This document shows, piece by piece, positions 1 to 11,659 of a stretch of DNA of 64,000 nt. Source of the stretch: Malacoraja senta (taxonomy: Eukaryota); contig CM075996.1 of the NCBI GenBank assembly GCA_038087875.1, forward strand, positions 4,032,001-4,096,000, read 5' to 3'. Both the position numbers and the translations under genes were made by a program. The first letter of the stretch is position 1. Every line of letters begins with the position of its first letter. The notes beneath the pieces are model-generated. The model did no database searches. It was not told the origin of the DNA and worked only from the letters and a program-made list of their open reading frames with translations.

Positions 1-122
<122 letters not shown>

Positions 123-857
123 TCTACTCCGCCATTCAATCATGGCTAATCTATCTCTCCCTCTCAACCCCATTCTCCTGCCTGTTTCTCATTCATTATA
201 TCGTTCACAGAGCACTATGAACACATATTCTGTTGTGCTGCCGCAAGTAAGAATTTCATTGTTCTATCTGGGGCACATGACAATAAAACACTCTCGACCA
301 AAGCCATAGTGACGATGGAGTGTTGGATGTGTGTGGACGTTAGATTTGTGTGCTGACCCAGTGTTTGGGTCTGGAACTCTGGTCTCCAACTATCTTGGTT
401 CTTCTTGGTTCTTGGTTTCTTGGTCCTCCAAAATATTCCATATGGAATTTAAACTGGAGGTGGTATCAGGAGGCACAGTGAGGTGCTTGATACTGAAATA
501 ATTCTGTCGCAAGGAGCAGAATAATGACACTTGTTCGCATTGAGTACCACTCCACATTGCGATGAGTGTTGTGTAGCCAACTCCTTCTCCTTGACCACTG
601 TCCCGACCTGTTATTCCGCGAGAGACAAAATGCTGGAGTAACTCAGCGGGACAGGCAGCACCTCGGGAGAGAAGGAATGGGTGGCGTTTCGGGTCGAGAC
701 CCTTCTTCAGACTGCGAGTCAGGGGAGAGGGAGTCAGAGAGATATGTGGAAGGGTAAGGTGTGAAAAGGACAGATCAAAGCAGACGGTGATCAAGGAAAT
801 GCAGAATGGCTCATTGTTGGCGGAGGGCAAGGTGACAAGGAGGCAGACAATCAGTAA

Positions 858-1043
858 AGGGCCTGTCCCACTTGGGCATCATTTGTGCATAATTTACGCG
901 ACGTCATTTACGCGTCACATGGTGCGTGGCGATGTAGGCAGTGACGCGCGGTTGCGCACGGCGCCCCAGGATTTTGGGGATGTACAAATTCTTCGCTCGC
1001 CATCTGCGTGACGCGCAAATGACGCCCAAGTGGGACAGGCCCT
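858..1043. mobile_element. Non-autonomous MITE, PIF/Harbinger-like
   Basis: Perfect 20-bp TIR AGGGCCTGTCCCACTTGGGC / GCCCAAGTGGGACAGGCCCT, flanked by TAA on both sides (855-857, 1044-1046); CpG-rich interior. Confidence 0.85.
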
Positions 1044-1180
1044 TAACATTAATCAGGAGGACGGTGAAATTCGTCGGAGAACTAGGGTGGGGGAGGGAAC
1101 GGTGAGAGGGAAAGCAAGGGTTACTTGAAGTTGGAGAATTCAATGTTCATACCGCTGGGGTGTAAGCTGCCCAAGCGAAA

Positions 1181-1837
1181 TAGTGAGGGGAGCAGAGAGG
1201 ATCAAGCAGTGGGTAGTGAGGGGAGCAGAGAGGATCACTGGCGTCTCCCTACCCTCCGTACAAGAACTGTTCCAGAGCCGCTGTCTGAAAAATGCTCAGA
1301 GAATTGCTAAGGACAAACTGCACCCCCTCCACATACACCTGGATCTCCCGCCATCAGGCAAGAGATATCGCAGCATCAAAGCCCGGACTACAAGACTGCT
1401 AAACAGCTTCCTGCCATATGCTGCGAGGCTGCTAAACAGCCACTCTGTACTCACAGTCACCTGATTCTGCGGCTTGGCACGGACACGTCAATAACTGGCA
1501 CTGGCCACTTCAATAACTGGCACTGGCCACTTCAATAACTGGCACGGACACTTCAATAACTGGCACTGGCCACTTCAATAACTGGCACTGGCCACTCAAA
1601 TCCGCTGCCCCGGACATGTTTATGATTGGTTTTACTGTATTTTAACGTTGTTGTTTTACCTACTTTTTAACTATTTATACTGTTCCATCAAGGACTGGAT
1701 TGTTTTTCGTGTTATTATGCGTGAAATGTTTTAAATTTCATGTGCGATGCTCCGGTATTCCCTGGGAAACGTCTTTTCATTTTGCACTGTACAACTGTTG
1801 CTTGCAAGATGACAATAAAGGATGATTGATTGATTGA
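1181..1837 (+). mobile_element. Rex1/Babar-type LINE 3' end
   Basis: ORF ...PSGKRYRSIKARTTRLLNSFLPYAARLLN resembles the C-terminus of the RT ORF at 31949-32914; AATAAA then (GATT)n tail; internal 22-nt tandem repeat. Confidence 0.8.
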
Positions 1838-2214
1838 TCAGGCGCTGTTCCTCCAACTTGTACTGGGCCTCACTCTGACAGTGGAGGAGGCCCAGGACAG
1901 AGAGGTCAGTGTGGCGATGGGAGGGGGGAGTTAAAATGTTTAATAACCAAGAGATCGCGGAGGCCAAGGCGGACCGAGCGGAGGTGTTCAGCGAACGGAT
2001 CGCCGAGCCTGCGCACGGTCTCGCCGACATGTAAGAATCCACACCTGGAACAGCGGATACAGTAGATGAGGTTGGAGGAGGTGCAGGTGAACCTCTGCCT
2101 CAGCTGTCGGGACTGTCGGGGTCCGTGGACGGAGTGGAGGGGGGAGGTGTCGGGACTTTGTCACCCCGTTACTTTGATTGGGACCCTCATTGACCTTGTT
2201 TTAATTGGTTCCAG

Positions 2215-2337
2215 ATCAAATGTGAACGGTACTGGCCAATGGACCTGTCCTCCTGCCTGTATGGGGACATTGTGGTGAATATCATTTCAGAAGAAACCTC
2301 ACCCGAGTGGGCAATCAGGCAATTCAACGTCAAAAAG
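2215..2337 (+). CDS. PTPRH: Receptor-type tyrosine phosphatase (R3, PTPRH-like), PTP-domain exon IKCERYWP...FNVKK
   Basis: ccag|ATC...AAG|gtgag, 123 nt phase 0-0; KCxxYWP motif. Confidence 0.9.
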
Positions 2338-2566
2338 GTGAGCAATCACGTGGACATCACTGGCGAATCAGCTGATCAGTAACTCACTCCTTCATCATTG
2401 AATCGAAAACCACCCAGGTATAAACGGCAAGAAAAATCCCAACATCAGGGGCAATGGGATAAGATCTCCGCAATCTTATACACTAGTGTCAATTTGCTCA
2501 AACCACGGTTCCCAAAATGTAATAAATCTTGCTCAGATTTACAGGGATCATTACTTCGGGGAACCT

Positions 2567-2653
2567 CCAGAGATGCCGCCTGTCCCGCTGAGTTACTCCA
2601 GCATTTTGTGTCCATCTTCGGTCTAAACCAGCATCTGCAGTTCCTTCCGACAC
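2567..2653 (+). mobile_element. Short PLE terminal-repeat 3' fragment with 14-bp TSD
   Basis: ACTTCGGGGAACCT duplicated at 2553-2566 and 2654-2667. Confidence 0.8.
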
Positions 2654-2709
2654 ACTTCGGGGAACCTGTTCCATTGACTTACCTTTAACTCCCAGGAGAG
2701 AGCGGACGC

Positions 2710-3030
2710 CCATTCGCGGGTCCAGGCAGCGGGCGGTCGAAGGCCGCACAGCGGTCGGCTGCCTGCCCCTTTTCCGGGGTTACGTCCGTGCCCGCGTGTC
2801 CCTAGAGAGGGAACACGCGGTGTCCACGGGGACTGTGGAGGCCTTCTGTGAACGCTGGTCACCGCAGGAGGTTGAATATATTATAGATAAAAATGTTAAT
2901 ATTTTAATTTGATAATTTTGTTTAAGTGTTTTTTAAATTGTGTGAGATTTCTACTCTCCCTTGTAAATTGTACATTTGTTTAAAAATCTAATAAAAAAAA
3001 CATTTACGGAAAAAAAAAGAAGAAAAAAAA
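2710..3030 (+). mobile_element. 5'-truncated Tx1/L1-clade LINE with poly(A) tail and 16-bp TSD
   Basis: Encodes ...CLPLFRGYVRARVSLEREHAVSTGTVEAFCERW...NILI* (Tx1-like ORF2 C-terminus); AATAAA plus A-tail; TSD AGGAGAGAG(C/T)GGACGC at 2694-2709 and 3031-3046. Confidence 0.8.
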
Positions 3031-3659
3031 AGGAGAGAGTGGACGCGGAGAGGGTGTTGCCACTGGTGAGGGGCCAGAGGGCGCAGACTCACAATAGAAG
3101 GACGTACATTTAGAAAGGAGATGAGGAGGAATGTCTTCAGCCACAGGGTGGCGAATCTGTGGAATTCACTGCCACCGACGGCTGTGGGGGGCTTTGGCTA
3201 TTTTTAAAGCTGAGGTAGAACGATTCTTGGTTAGTACGGGGTGTCAGGGGTTATGAGGAGAAGGCAGGAGAATGGGGTTGAGAGGGAGAGACGTGATTGA
3301 ATGGTGGAGTGGACTTGATGGGCCCAATGGCTTAATTCTGCCCCAATGACTTATGAACATATGATTGTGTCGATCTTTTGTTGAATTTATCTAAACCGTC
3401 CACCATTAATGTACTCACTGGGCTGTGTACGCTTTTTGCAATCTTCTTTGCTTCTGGGCATTCAAGTTGCATAGCCAGGCCAAGATGCAACCAGACAGTA
3501 TGTTCTCTGCTGCATACCTGTCCACGAGAGCGTGTCGGAAAGGAACAAAGGGCCTCGACCCGAAACGTCACCCATCCCCTTCTCCCCAGAGGTGCTGCCT
3601 GCCCCGCTGAGTTGCTCCAGCTTTCTGCGTCTATCTGGGGTTCAAGAGAGTGCTCACTG

Positions 3660-3968
3660 ACATTAGGTGAATCGAGGACCAGAGGACATAGGTTCAAGGT
3701 GAAGGGGAAAAGATTTAATAGGAATCTGAAGGGGTAACGTTGTCACACAAAGGGTGGTGGGTGTATGGAACGAGCTGCCAGAGAAGGCAGTTGAGGGAGG
3801 GACTGTCCCAACGTTTTTTAGACACATTTGGACAGATGCATGGATAGGACAGGTTTGGAGGGATATGGACCAAACGCGGGCAGGTGGGACTAGTGTATCT
3901 GGGACATGTTGGCCGGTGTGGGCAAGTTGGGCCTGTTTCCACGCTGTATCACTCTGTGACTCTATGAG
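3660..3968 (+). mobile_element. CR1-clade LINE 3' end (HER1-like, tail shared with HE1-like SINEs)
   Basis: ESRTRGHRFKVKG...VGVWNELPEKAVE; 3' tail GGGCCTGTTTCCACGCTGTAT. Confidence 0.8.
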
Positions 3969-4003
3969 TTGTGAATAATGGCCTGCTCTTTGTTTGTGGT
4001 CAG

Positions 4004-4161
4004 ACTGGATGCCCAGAGCCACGTATCGTCACCCAGTTCCACTTCACCTCCTGGCCAGACCACGGTGTTCCGAAGACCACAGATAAACTGCTGCAGTTCC
4101 AGCTGTTGCTGCGGGATTACCTGAACAAAAATCGGGCTGGACTCCCCGTGGTACACTGTAG
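4004..4161 (+). CDS. PTPRH: PTPRH-like exon with WPD loop and start of the catalytic signature (TGCPEPR...WPDHGVP...PVVHC)
   Basis: cag|ACT...TGT AG|gtgag, 158 nt phase 0-2. Confidence 0.95.
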
Positions 4162-4246
4162 GTGAGGTCAACATTTCTTGTTTGTTCAAGTTCTTATACA
4201 CTTTAACTCTTGGACAAGGCTCTGTCTTAACGGGGCATAGAGTCGT

Positions 4247-4670
4247 TGTTAAGGGTTTGTTAAGGGTAAAGATTGTTAAGGGTTTGGACACGCTAGAAAG
4301 ATTGTTAAGGGCTTGGACACGCTAGGGGCAGGAAACATGTTCCCGATGTTGGGGGAGTCCAGAACCAGGGGCCACAGTTTAAGAATAAGGAGTAAGCCAT
4401 TTAGAACGGAGACGAGGAAACACTTTTTCTCACAGAGAGTGGTGAGTCTGTGGAATTCTCTGCCTCAGAGGGCGGTGGAGGCAGGTTCTCTGGATGCTTT
4501 CAAGAGAGAGCTAGATAGGGCTCTTAAAAATAGCAGAGTCAGGGGATATGGGGAGAAGGCAGGAACGGGGTACTGATTGGGGATGATCAGCCATGATCAC
4601 ATTGAATGGCGGTGCTGGGTCGAAGGGCCAAATGGCCTACTCCTGCACCTATTGTCTATTGTCTATTGTC
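4247..4670 (+). mobile_element. CR1 LINE 3' fragment, young subfamily with (CTATTGT)n tail
   Basis: ORF ...RTRGHSLRI...FFSQRVVSLWNSLPQRAVEAGS...; many near-identical copies in the window. Confidence 0.9.
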
Positions 4671-5203
4671 TATTTTCATAGAGTGATACAGCGTGGAAAC
4701 AGGCCCTTCGGCCTGACTTGCCCACATGTCCCATCTACACTAGACCTACCTGCCCGCGTTTGGTCCATATCCCTCCAAACCTGTCCTATCCATGTACCTG
4801 TCTCACCGTTTCTGAAACATTTGGATAGTCCCTGCCTCAACCGCCTCCACCGGCAGCTCGTTCCATACACCCACCACCCTCTGCGTGAAAATGTTACCCC
4901 TCGGATTCCTATTAAATCATTAAACCCGGATCGAACCCGGGACACGGGTCTCTGGCGCTATGAGGCAGCAACTCTACCGCTGCGCCACCGTGCCAAAAGG
5001 CAATAGACAATAGGTACAGGAGTAGGCCATTCGGCCCTTCGAGTCGGGCGCTGCTGCACTAGATGGATCATTGTTGGGATGAATAAAAAACTATTGTAAA
5101 GGTCGCAGATTTTTTTAATGACAGGCCATGTTGCCTTTGAAGCTAAGAGAAGAAAATAAGTTTGTCGATTCTGCTTAATGTTGATGTTTCTGTTGGCTTT
5201 CAG

Positions 5204-5339
5204 CGCGGGGGTTGGGCGTACTGGCACTTTAATAGCCCTTGACTACCTGCTCCAACGGATAGAAAAGGAGGCAGTGGTCGATGTTTATGGGATTGTCCAT
5301 AACATGAGGATGAATCGCACCTGCATGGTCCAGACCGAG
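5204..5339 (+). CDS. PTPRH: PTPRH-like exon (S)AGVGRTGTLIALD...MVQTE
   Basis: cag|C...GAG|gtgag, 136 nt phase 2-0; completes HCSAGVGRTG. Confidence 0.95.
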
Positions 5340-5418
5340 GTGAGGATTTGCTTTCGTTTTTTTGGCTTTCGACTTGTTGTCACTTGCAATGATTTCCACT
5401 ACAACTTGGAAACTTTCA

Positions 5419-5644
5419 AGGGCCTGTCCCGCTTGGACGTCATTTGCGCGTCACGCAGGTGGCGTTCCGAAGATTTTGTGAATCCCCAAGTCCTGGGGCG
5501 CTGCGCGCTACCGCGCGTCACTGCCTACGCCTCCGCGCCTCACCACGCGTCATGCGCGCGTAATGCACGCCATGCGCCGCGTCGCGATGCGTAAATGATG
5601 TGGCTTAAATTATGCGCAAATGACGCCCAAGTGGGAAAGGCCCT
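5419..5644. mobile_element. Second copy of the Harbinger-like MITE, inverted relative to 858-1043
   Basis: Same AGGGCCTGTCCC TIRs; flanks TCA/TTA. Confidence 0.8.
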
Positions 5645-5759
5645 TTACTCTTCGTTTAGCTTAGTTTAGAGATACAGTGCGGAAAAGGGCTTTCAGTGGA
5701 AGCCTCGGTCATTTCACAGCCTATTTTCCCCCATCTTGTGTGTGTGTTGTTTTTTTTAG

Positions 5760-5900
5760 AATCAGTATATCTTCCTACACCAGTGCATTCTGGACGTGAC
5801 TCGAGAGAAATCCATCGACGAGCCGATCTACGAGAATCATACGGACCTCATCTACGAGAATGTCGACGCAATCAAAGTCGCAAACAATCACCGCGTTTAA
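5760..5900 (+). CDS. PTPRH: PTPRH-like terminal coding exon NQYIFLHQCILD...IYENHTDLIYENVDAIKVANNHRV*
   Basis: tag|AAT...TAA; Q-loop QY, stop soon after a single PTP domain, LIYENV tail typical of PTPRH/SAP-1. Confidence 0.9.
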   Translation, partial: NQYIFLHQCILDVTREKSIDEPIYENHTDLIYENVDAIKVANNHRV

Positions 5901-6076
5901 AGTCAGAGTCGGGCCCACTCTTGCATCCAGCCACGTTGCCACGGATACTGGGCCTGCAGCTGCCGTTGTGCCTTTTCCTGTTATTGCGCTGCCATCCCTC
6001 ATCCAGTGACGACTACACTGAATGCCGTCTCTCTCCCAGTCTTCAGAGGACCCTCGGATCCCATTACACCATCGTC

Positions 6077-6141
6077 GTGTGTGTGTGTGTGTGTGTGTGC
6101 GTGTGTGTGTGTGCGTGTGTGTGGGCGTGTGTGTGTGTGTG
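6077..6141. repeat. Imperfect (GT)n microsatellite
   Basis: Visible dinucleotide run. Confidence 0.95.
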
Positions 6142-6454
6142 GCTGTCTGCCTGATTAGATTTTACCTCGCCCTCACCTTATCCCTCAGCTGACGATGATC
6201 TACTTGTAGGAAGGTAGACAAAAGTGTTGGAGAAACTCAGCAGGTGAGGCAGCATCTATGGAGCGAAGGAATAGGTGACGTTTCGGGTCGAGACCCTTCT
6301 TCAGACTGATCTATTGTACATTTCTCTTGATCTTTGTCCCCTTTGATCTCTCGTTTTCACACCTTACCCTTCCATATCTCTTGTTTCCCCTCTCCACGGA
6401 CACTCAGTCTGAAGAAGGGTCTCGGCCCGAGACGACACCCATTCCTTTCCGGGG

Positions 6455-6770
6455 TTTAGTTTAGTTCAGAGATACAGCGTGGAAACAGGCCCTTCTGCCC
6501 ACCGAGTCCGCGCCGACCAGCGATCCCCGCCCACCAACACTATCCTACACACACTCGGGACAAGATACAATTTTACCGAAGCCAATTAACCCACAAACCT
6601 GCACCTCGTCGGAGTGTGGGAGAAAACCAGAGCACCCGGAGAAAACCCACGCAGCTCACGGGGAGAACGTACAAACTCCGCACAGACAGCGCCCGTAGTC
6701 GGGATCCAACCCGGGTCTCAGGCGCTGTAGGCGCTGTAAGGCGGCAATTTTCCCACTGCACCACCATGCC
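6455..6770 (-). mobile_element. HE1-like (V-SINE) tRNA-derived SINE
   Basis: Reverse complement of the copy at 13630-13947; (CTAAA)n tail. Confidence 0.85.
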
Positions 6771-7119
6771 GCAGAGGTGACGTTTCGGGTCGAGACCCTT
6801 CTTCAGACTGAGACTCAGGGGAGAGGGGAAGGGGAGATAAAGACGGTACTTCGGATAAATGAATGGAAGATGTCTATGAAGCAATGAGTCTCAGTGAAAG
6901 GTGGGGCCCATAATGGTCATGCCTCCAGAGATACTGCCTGAGCCACTGAGTTACTCCAGCTTTTTGTGTCTGTCTTCTGATCTTCAACTCACTCCACTTT
7001 CGCGTCTGTTTTCACTCCTCACAAATAAGATATCTCGGCCTTTTAATGTTTAAAGCCGCATCCGTAAAAACTCTCAAGGTAGAGAATTATAAGAAGCACT
7101 ACCGTCTGAGAGAAGATAT

Positions 7120-7630
7120 TCATAAGGTCATAAGGAGTAGGGGTAGAATTAGGCCATTCGGCCCATCACGTTTACTCCACCATTCAATCATGGCTGGTCT
7201 ATCACTCCCTCCTAACCCCATTCTCCTGCCTTCTCCACAACCTCTGACACCCGTTACTAATCAAGAATCTATCTATCCCTGCCTTAAAAATATCCACTGA
7301 CTTGGCCTCCACAGACTTCTGTGGCAAAGAATTCCACAGATTCACCACCCTCTGATTAAAGAAATTTCTCCTCATCCCCTTCCTAAAAGAACGTCCTTTA
7401 ATTCTGAGGCTTTGACCTCTAGTCTTGGACTCTCCCACTAGTGGAAACATTCTCTCCACTATCCACTCAATCCAAGCCTTTCACTATTCTGTACGTCTCA
7501 ATGAGGTCCCCCCTCATTCTTCTAAACGCCAGCGAGTACAGGCCCAGGGCCGACAAACGCACATTCCTGGGATCCTTCTCGTAAACGTCCTCTGAGAAAT
7601 CTCCAGAGGCAGCACATCCTTCCCCAGATA
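7120..7630 (-). mobile_element. CR1 LINE 3' fragment (second subfamily)
   Basis: MERMFPLVGESKTRG...FFNQRVVNLWNSLPQ. Confidence 0.9.
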
Positions 7631-7635
7631 TTTAT

Positions 7636-7850
7636 TCATTGCTGGTTTCCGACGGGAACGGTGACGGACGCACCACACATCACTGTCCTCCAGTTCCTGC
7701 GGACTTCCACCGCTGAAGGTACAGGATGTTGGTGTGTGTGTGTGTGTGTGTGTGCTTTATCATCATTCCTTACAATGCCGTGTACGACAGTGATCGCAAC
7801 TTCTACTGAAGTGTGGATGGCCGTTGGCTCGCTCGAAGCTCATCCGCCCT
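7636..7850 (-). mobile_element. Partial copy of the unclassified (GAT)n-tailed retroelement seen at 54805-55200
   Basis: Clear reverse-complement similarity to ~54967-55165. Confidence 0.7.
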
Positions 7851-8264
7851 CAGATATGGTGCCCAAATTGCTCACAACATTCCAAATGCGGCCTGGCCAG
7901 CACCTTATAGTCCTCCTCATCTCCATCTTGAATGAGTCGTCCCTTATTTCTGAAACCCTGACCCTGGTTCTGAATTCCATCCCCAGAGAAAACATCTTCT
8001 AAGCATCTACCCTGCCAATGATAAACACCACTTACTGTTGCTCGAAACATTTCAACAGTTCCACATGAACCAGCTCCCTTTCCATGGAATATGTTGTTTC
8101 AATATGTTCTTGGTAACATTATACTGACCAATCTGAACAAGTGCCAATGACAACGTGTTTCGAGATGTATTGATTATGTAATTTTTCTATGACTTTCTAA
8201 CTGATTAAACCAATGGTTCTAATTTATTGGGGGAATTGCATTTGGATTTTAGTTTTTGTTTGGT

Positions 8265-8860
8265 TTAGTTTAGTTTAGAGCCACAGGCCCTTCGGCCCAC
8301 CGAGTCCACGCTGACCAGCTATCCCTGCACATTAAGAATAAGGAGTAAGCCATTTAGAATTTAAGAATAAGGAGTAAGCCATTTAGAACGGAGACGAGGA
8401 AACACTTTTTCTCACAGAGAGTGGTGAGTCTGTGGAATTCTCTGCCTCAGAGGGCGGTGGAGGCAGGTTCTCTGGATACTTTCAAGAGAGAGCTAGATAG
8501 GGCTCTTAAAATTAGCGGAGTCGGGATATGGGGAGAAGGCAGGAACGGGGTACTGATTGGGGATGATCAGCCATGATCACATTGAATGGCGGTGCTGCCT
8601 CGAAGGGCCAAATGGCCTACTCCTGCACCTGTTGTCTATTGTCTATTAACACTATTCTATACACGCAAGGGACAATTTACAATTTTACTGAAGCCAATTA
8701 ACCTTTCAAACCTGTACGTCTTTGGAGTGTGGGAGGAAACTGGAGAAAACCCAAACACAGGTCTCGGGGAGAAACTCTGTACAGACAGCACCCGTAGTCA
8801 GGATCAAGCCCGGGTCTCTGGCGCTGGAAGGCAGCAACTCTACCGCTGCGCCACCGTGTC
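8265..8860. mobile_element. HE1-like SINE (-) interrupted by a CR1 3' fragment (+, ~8332-8645)
   Basis: SINE sequence resumes (ttaacactattctat...) after the CR1 tail. Confidence 0.8.
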
Positions 8861-9999
8861 GCCCGGTGGTTTCAAACGGTGAGGTCTCAGACCTGCTGGG
8901 TTTCACTCAGACATACGTTGTGCCCTGCTCCAATGCACTGGGCAATCTTGGATCACATTTTTGAACGAGAGACGTATTCTGCACATCCTGGAGGACGGCA
9001 ACAAAAAACAGAATGTGCTGGATTTGGGAGCATCGCAAGAGAACCAGAGGCAAATGCACCAGGTTGATGAGGGCACCACGTTATAGGAAAGATGTTGTCA
9101 AGCTGGAAAGGGTGCAGAGAAGATTTAAACGAGGATGTTGCCAGGTCTTGAGGGTCTGAGCTATGGGGAGAAGTTGAGTAATTAAATAAAACTAAGGGTC
9201 CCGACCCAAAACATCACCTATCCATATTCTTCATGGATGCTGCCTGACCCTCTGAGTTACTCCAGTAGTTTGTGTCTATCCTTTACTTTGACGTTGTCAA
9301 TGCAAGGCCACCAACTGCTGCAGAGATCAGGTTGAATACCTGAGCAGCGGTCACAGTTTAAGAATAAGGGGTAGGCCATTTAGGACTGAGATGAGGAAAA
9401 ACGTTTTCACCCAGAGAGTTGTGAATCTGTGGAATTCTCTGCCACAGAAGGCAGTGGAGGCCAATTCACTGGAGTTAGATTTAGCTCTTAGGGCTAAAGG
9501 AATCAAGGGATATGGGGGGAAAAGCAGGAATGGGGTACTGATTTTAGATGAGCAGCCATGATCATATTGAATGGCAGTGCTGACTCGAATGGCCTCCTCC
9601 TGCACCTATTTTCTAGGTTTCTATAACCGGAGCCCCTGGCAAACGCATCTGCCAGGGAAGACAAGCTCCCTGGACAAGCAGATATCTACTGGACTGAGGG
9701 TTGAAACCCAAGAGAGAGATCCTGGGCTTACGCTGCCACCCAGTGTCAGAAGGCTGGTATTGCATACAGATGAGATATAAAGTTCTGAAGTAGTTTCAGA
9801 TTTAGAGATGCAGCGCGGAAACAGGCCATTCGGCCCAGCGAGTCTGGGCCGACCAGCGATCCCCGCACACTAACACTATCCTGCACACACTCGGGACAAT
9901 TTACACTTACACCAAGCCAATTAATCTACAAACCTGTACGTCTTTGGACACCGAAAATCTCGGAGAAAGCCCACGGGGAGAACATATGTACGCCGTAAA

Positions 10000-10595
10000 C
10001 AATAGACAATAGACAATAGATAATAGGTGCAGGAGTAGGCCATTTCAATGTGATCATGGCTGATCATCCCCAATCAGTACCCCGTTCCTGCCTTCTCCCC
10101 ATATCCCCTGACTCCGCTATTTTTAAGAGCCCTATCTAGCTCTCTCTTGAAAGTATCCAGAGAACCTGCCTCCACCGCCCTCTGAGGCAGAGAATTCCAC
10201 AGACTCACCACTCTCTGTGAGAAAAAGTGTTTCCTCGTCTCCGTTGTAAATGGCTTACTCCTTATTCTTAAACTGTGGCCCCTGGTTCTGGACTCCCCCA
10301 ACATCGGGAACATGTTTCCTGCCTCTAGCGTGTCCAAGCCCTTAACAATCTTCTATGTTTCATTGAGATCCCCTCTCATCCTTCTAAACTCCAGAGTGTA
10401 CAAGCCCAGCTGCTCCATTCTCTCAGCATATGACAGTCCCGCCATCCCGGGAATTAACCTTGTAAACCTAGGCTGCACTCCCTCAATAGCAAGAATGTCC
10501 TTCCTCAAATTAGGGGACCAAAACTGCACACAATACTCCAGGTGTGGTCTCACTAGGGCTCTGTACAACTGCAGAAGGACCTCTTTGCTCCTATA
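10000..10595 (-). mobile_element. CR1 LINE 3' fragment nested in an HE1-like SINE
   Basis: LYRALVRPHLEYCVQFWSP...; SINE halves at ~9800-9985 and ~10597-10688. Confidence 0.9.
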
Positions 10596-11659
10596 AAGAC
10601 AGCACCCGTAGTCAGGATCGAACCCGGGTCTCCGGTACTGCGAGCTCTGTGAGGCAGCAACTCTACCGCTGCGCCACCGTGCCGCCCTAAAGTGTCTACG
10701 ACCCCAAACATCCGCAGTCTGAAGAAGGGTCTCGACCCGAAACATCACCCATTCCTTCTTTCCATAGAGACGCTGCCTGTCCCGCTGAGTTACCCCAGCA
10801 TCTTGTGTCCATCTGCGGTGTAAACCAGCATCTGCAGTTCCTTCATACAGATGATATGAAATACTGTACGTAGCCGCTGTGAACTCAAGCAGAGAAACAA
10901 ACTGCTGGAGAAACTCGGTGGTTTAAGCTGCATCTGTGGAAGGAAGAGAACAGTCAATGTTTCGGGCCGACATCATGTAACAGGACAGATTGAAAAATCC
11001 CCATCAGCTGAAGATCCCAATGTGGTGTGAATGCCTACTCCTGATCATAAAATGTTTTGTAGACAAAAGTGCTGGAGAAACTCAGCGGGTGCAGCAGCAA
11101 GATGCTGCCTCACCCGCTGAGTTTCTCCAGCACTTTTGTCTACCTTAGATTTTGCAGATCTGCAGTTCCTTCTTAAACATAAAATGTTTTGTGTCTGTCT
11201 TCAGTCTAAAACAACATCTGCAGTTCCTTCCTACACATAAAGTGCCCCCTGCTGTCCATTCTGGGTACCTTTTCTTCCATTGTTGGTGGGACTGAGAACT
11301 AACCATGCAGGGTCACGGGGAGAATGTATAAACTCCGTACAGACAGCACCCTTCCTCAGGATTGAACCCGGGGTCTCCGGCGCTGTGAGGCAGCAACTCT
11401 ACCGCTGCGCCATTCCTTCTTGCCCATGTTGTCTGCCCCACTCCTCCGGCTTGGTGTAAATGTAAAAGAGAATCGCCCCTAGTCTGTCCGGGGTAGTGTT
11501 AATGTGCGGGGATCGCAGGTCGGCGTGGAGTCTCCTCAAGATACGCCTATTCTGAAGAAGTTCTCCTCTCTCCGATGGGAGTTCCGAAACTGCTCCCCGT
11601 CTGCGATTCATAAGATCATAAGTGATAGGAGTAGAATTAGGCCATTCGGCCTATCAATT

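Larger units (their letters stand above)
623..2150 (-). mobile_element. Penelope-like element 3' portion (GIY-YIG endonuclease remnant plus terminal repeat), interrupted by a MITE and a Rex1 fragment
   Basis: 1838-2150 encodes ...DLSVLGLLHCQSEAQYKLEEQRLI, matching the GIY-YIG C-terminus of the copy at 40230-40556; it continues at ~1125-1180 and in the terminal repeat at 623-857. Confidence 0.85.

Noticed and set aside
390..830. 146-aa minus-strand ORF, or a possible upstream PTP exon
   Set aside because: Half derives from the PLE terminal repeat; no PTP motifs (e.g. QGP, DFW) seen, so the preceding exon probably lies before the window
1475..1597. ~5 copies of a 21-22-nt repeat CACTTCAATAACTGGCACTGGC, superficially CRISPR-like
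   Set aside because: No unique spacers, no cas genes; a minisatellite in a LINE 3' UTR of a vertebrate genome
5696..6154. 152-aa ORF from the track
   Set aside because: Wrong frame over the PTPRH last exon, running into the 3' UTR and (GT)n; the real frame stops at 5900
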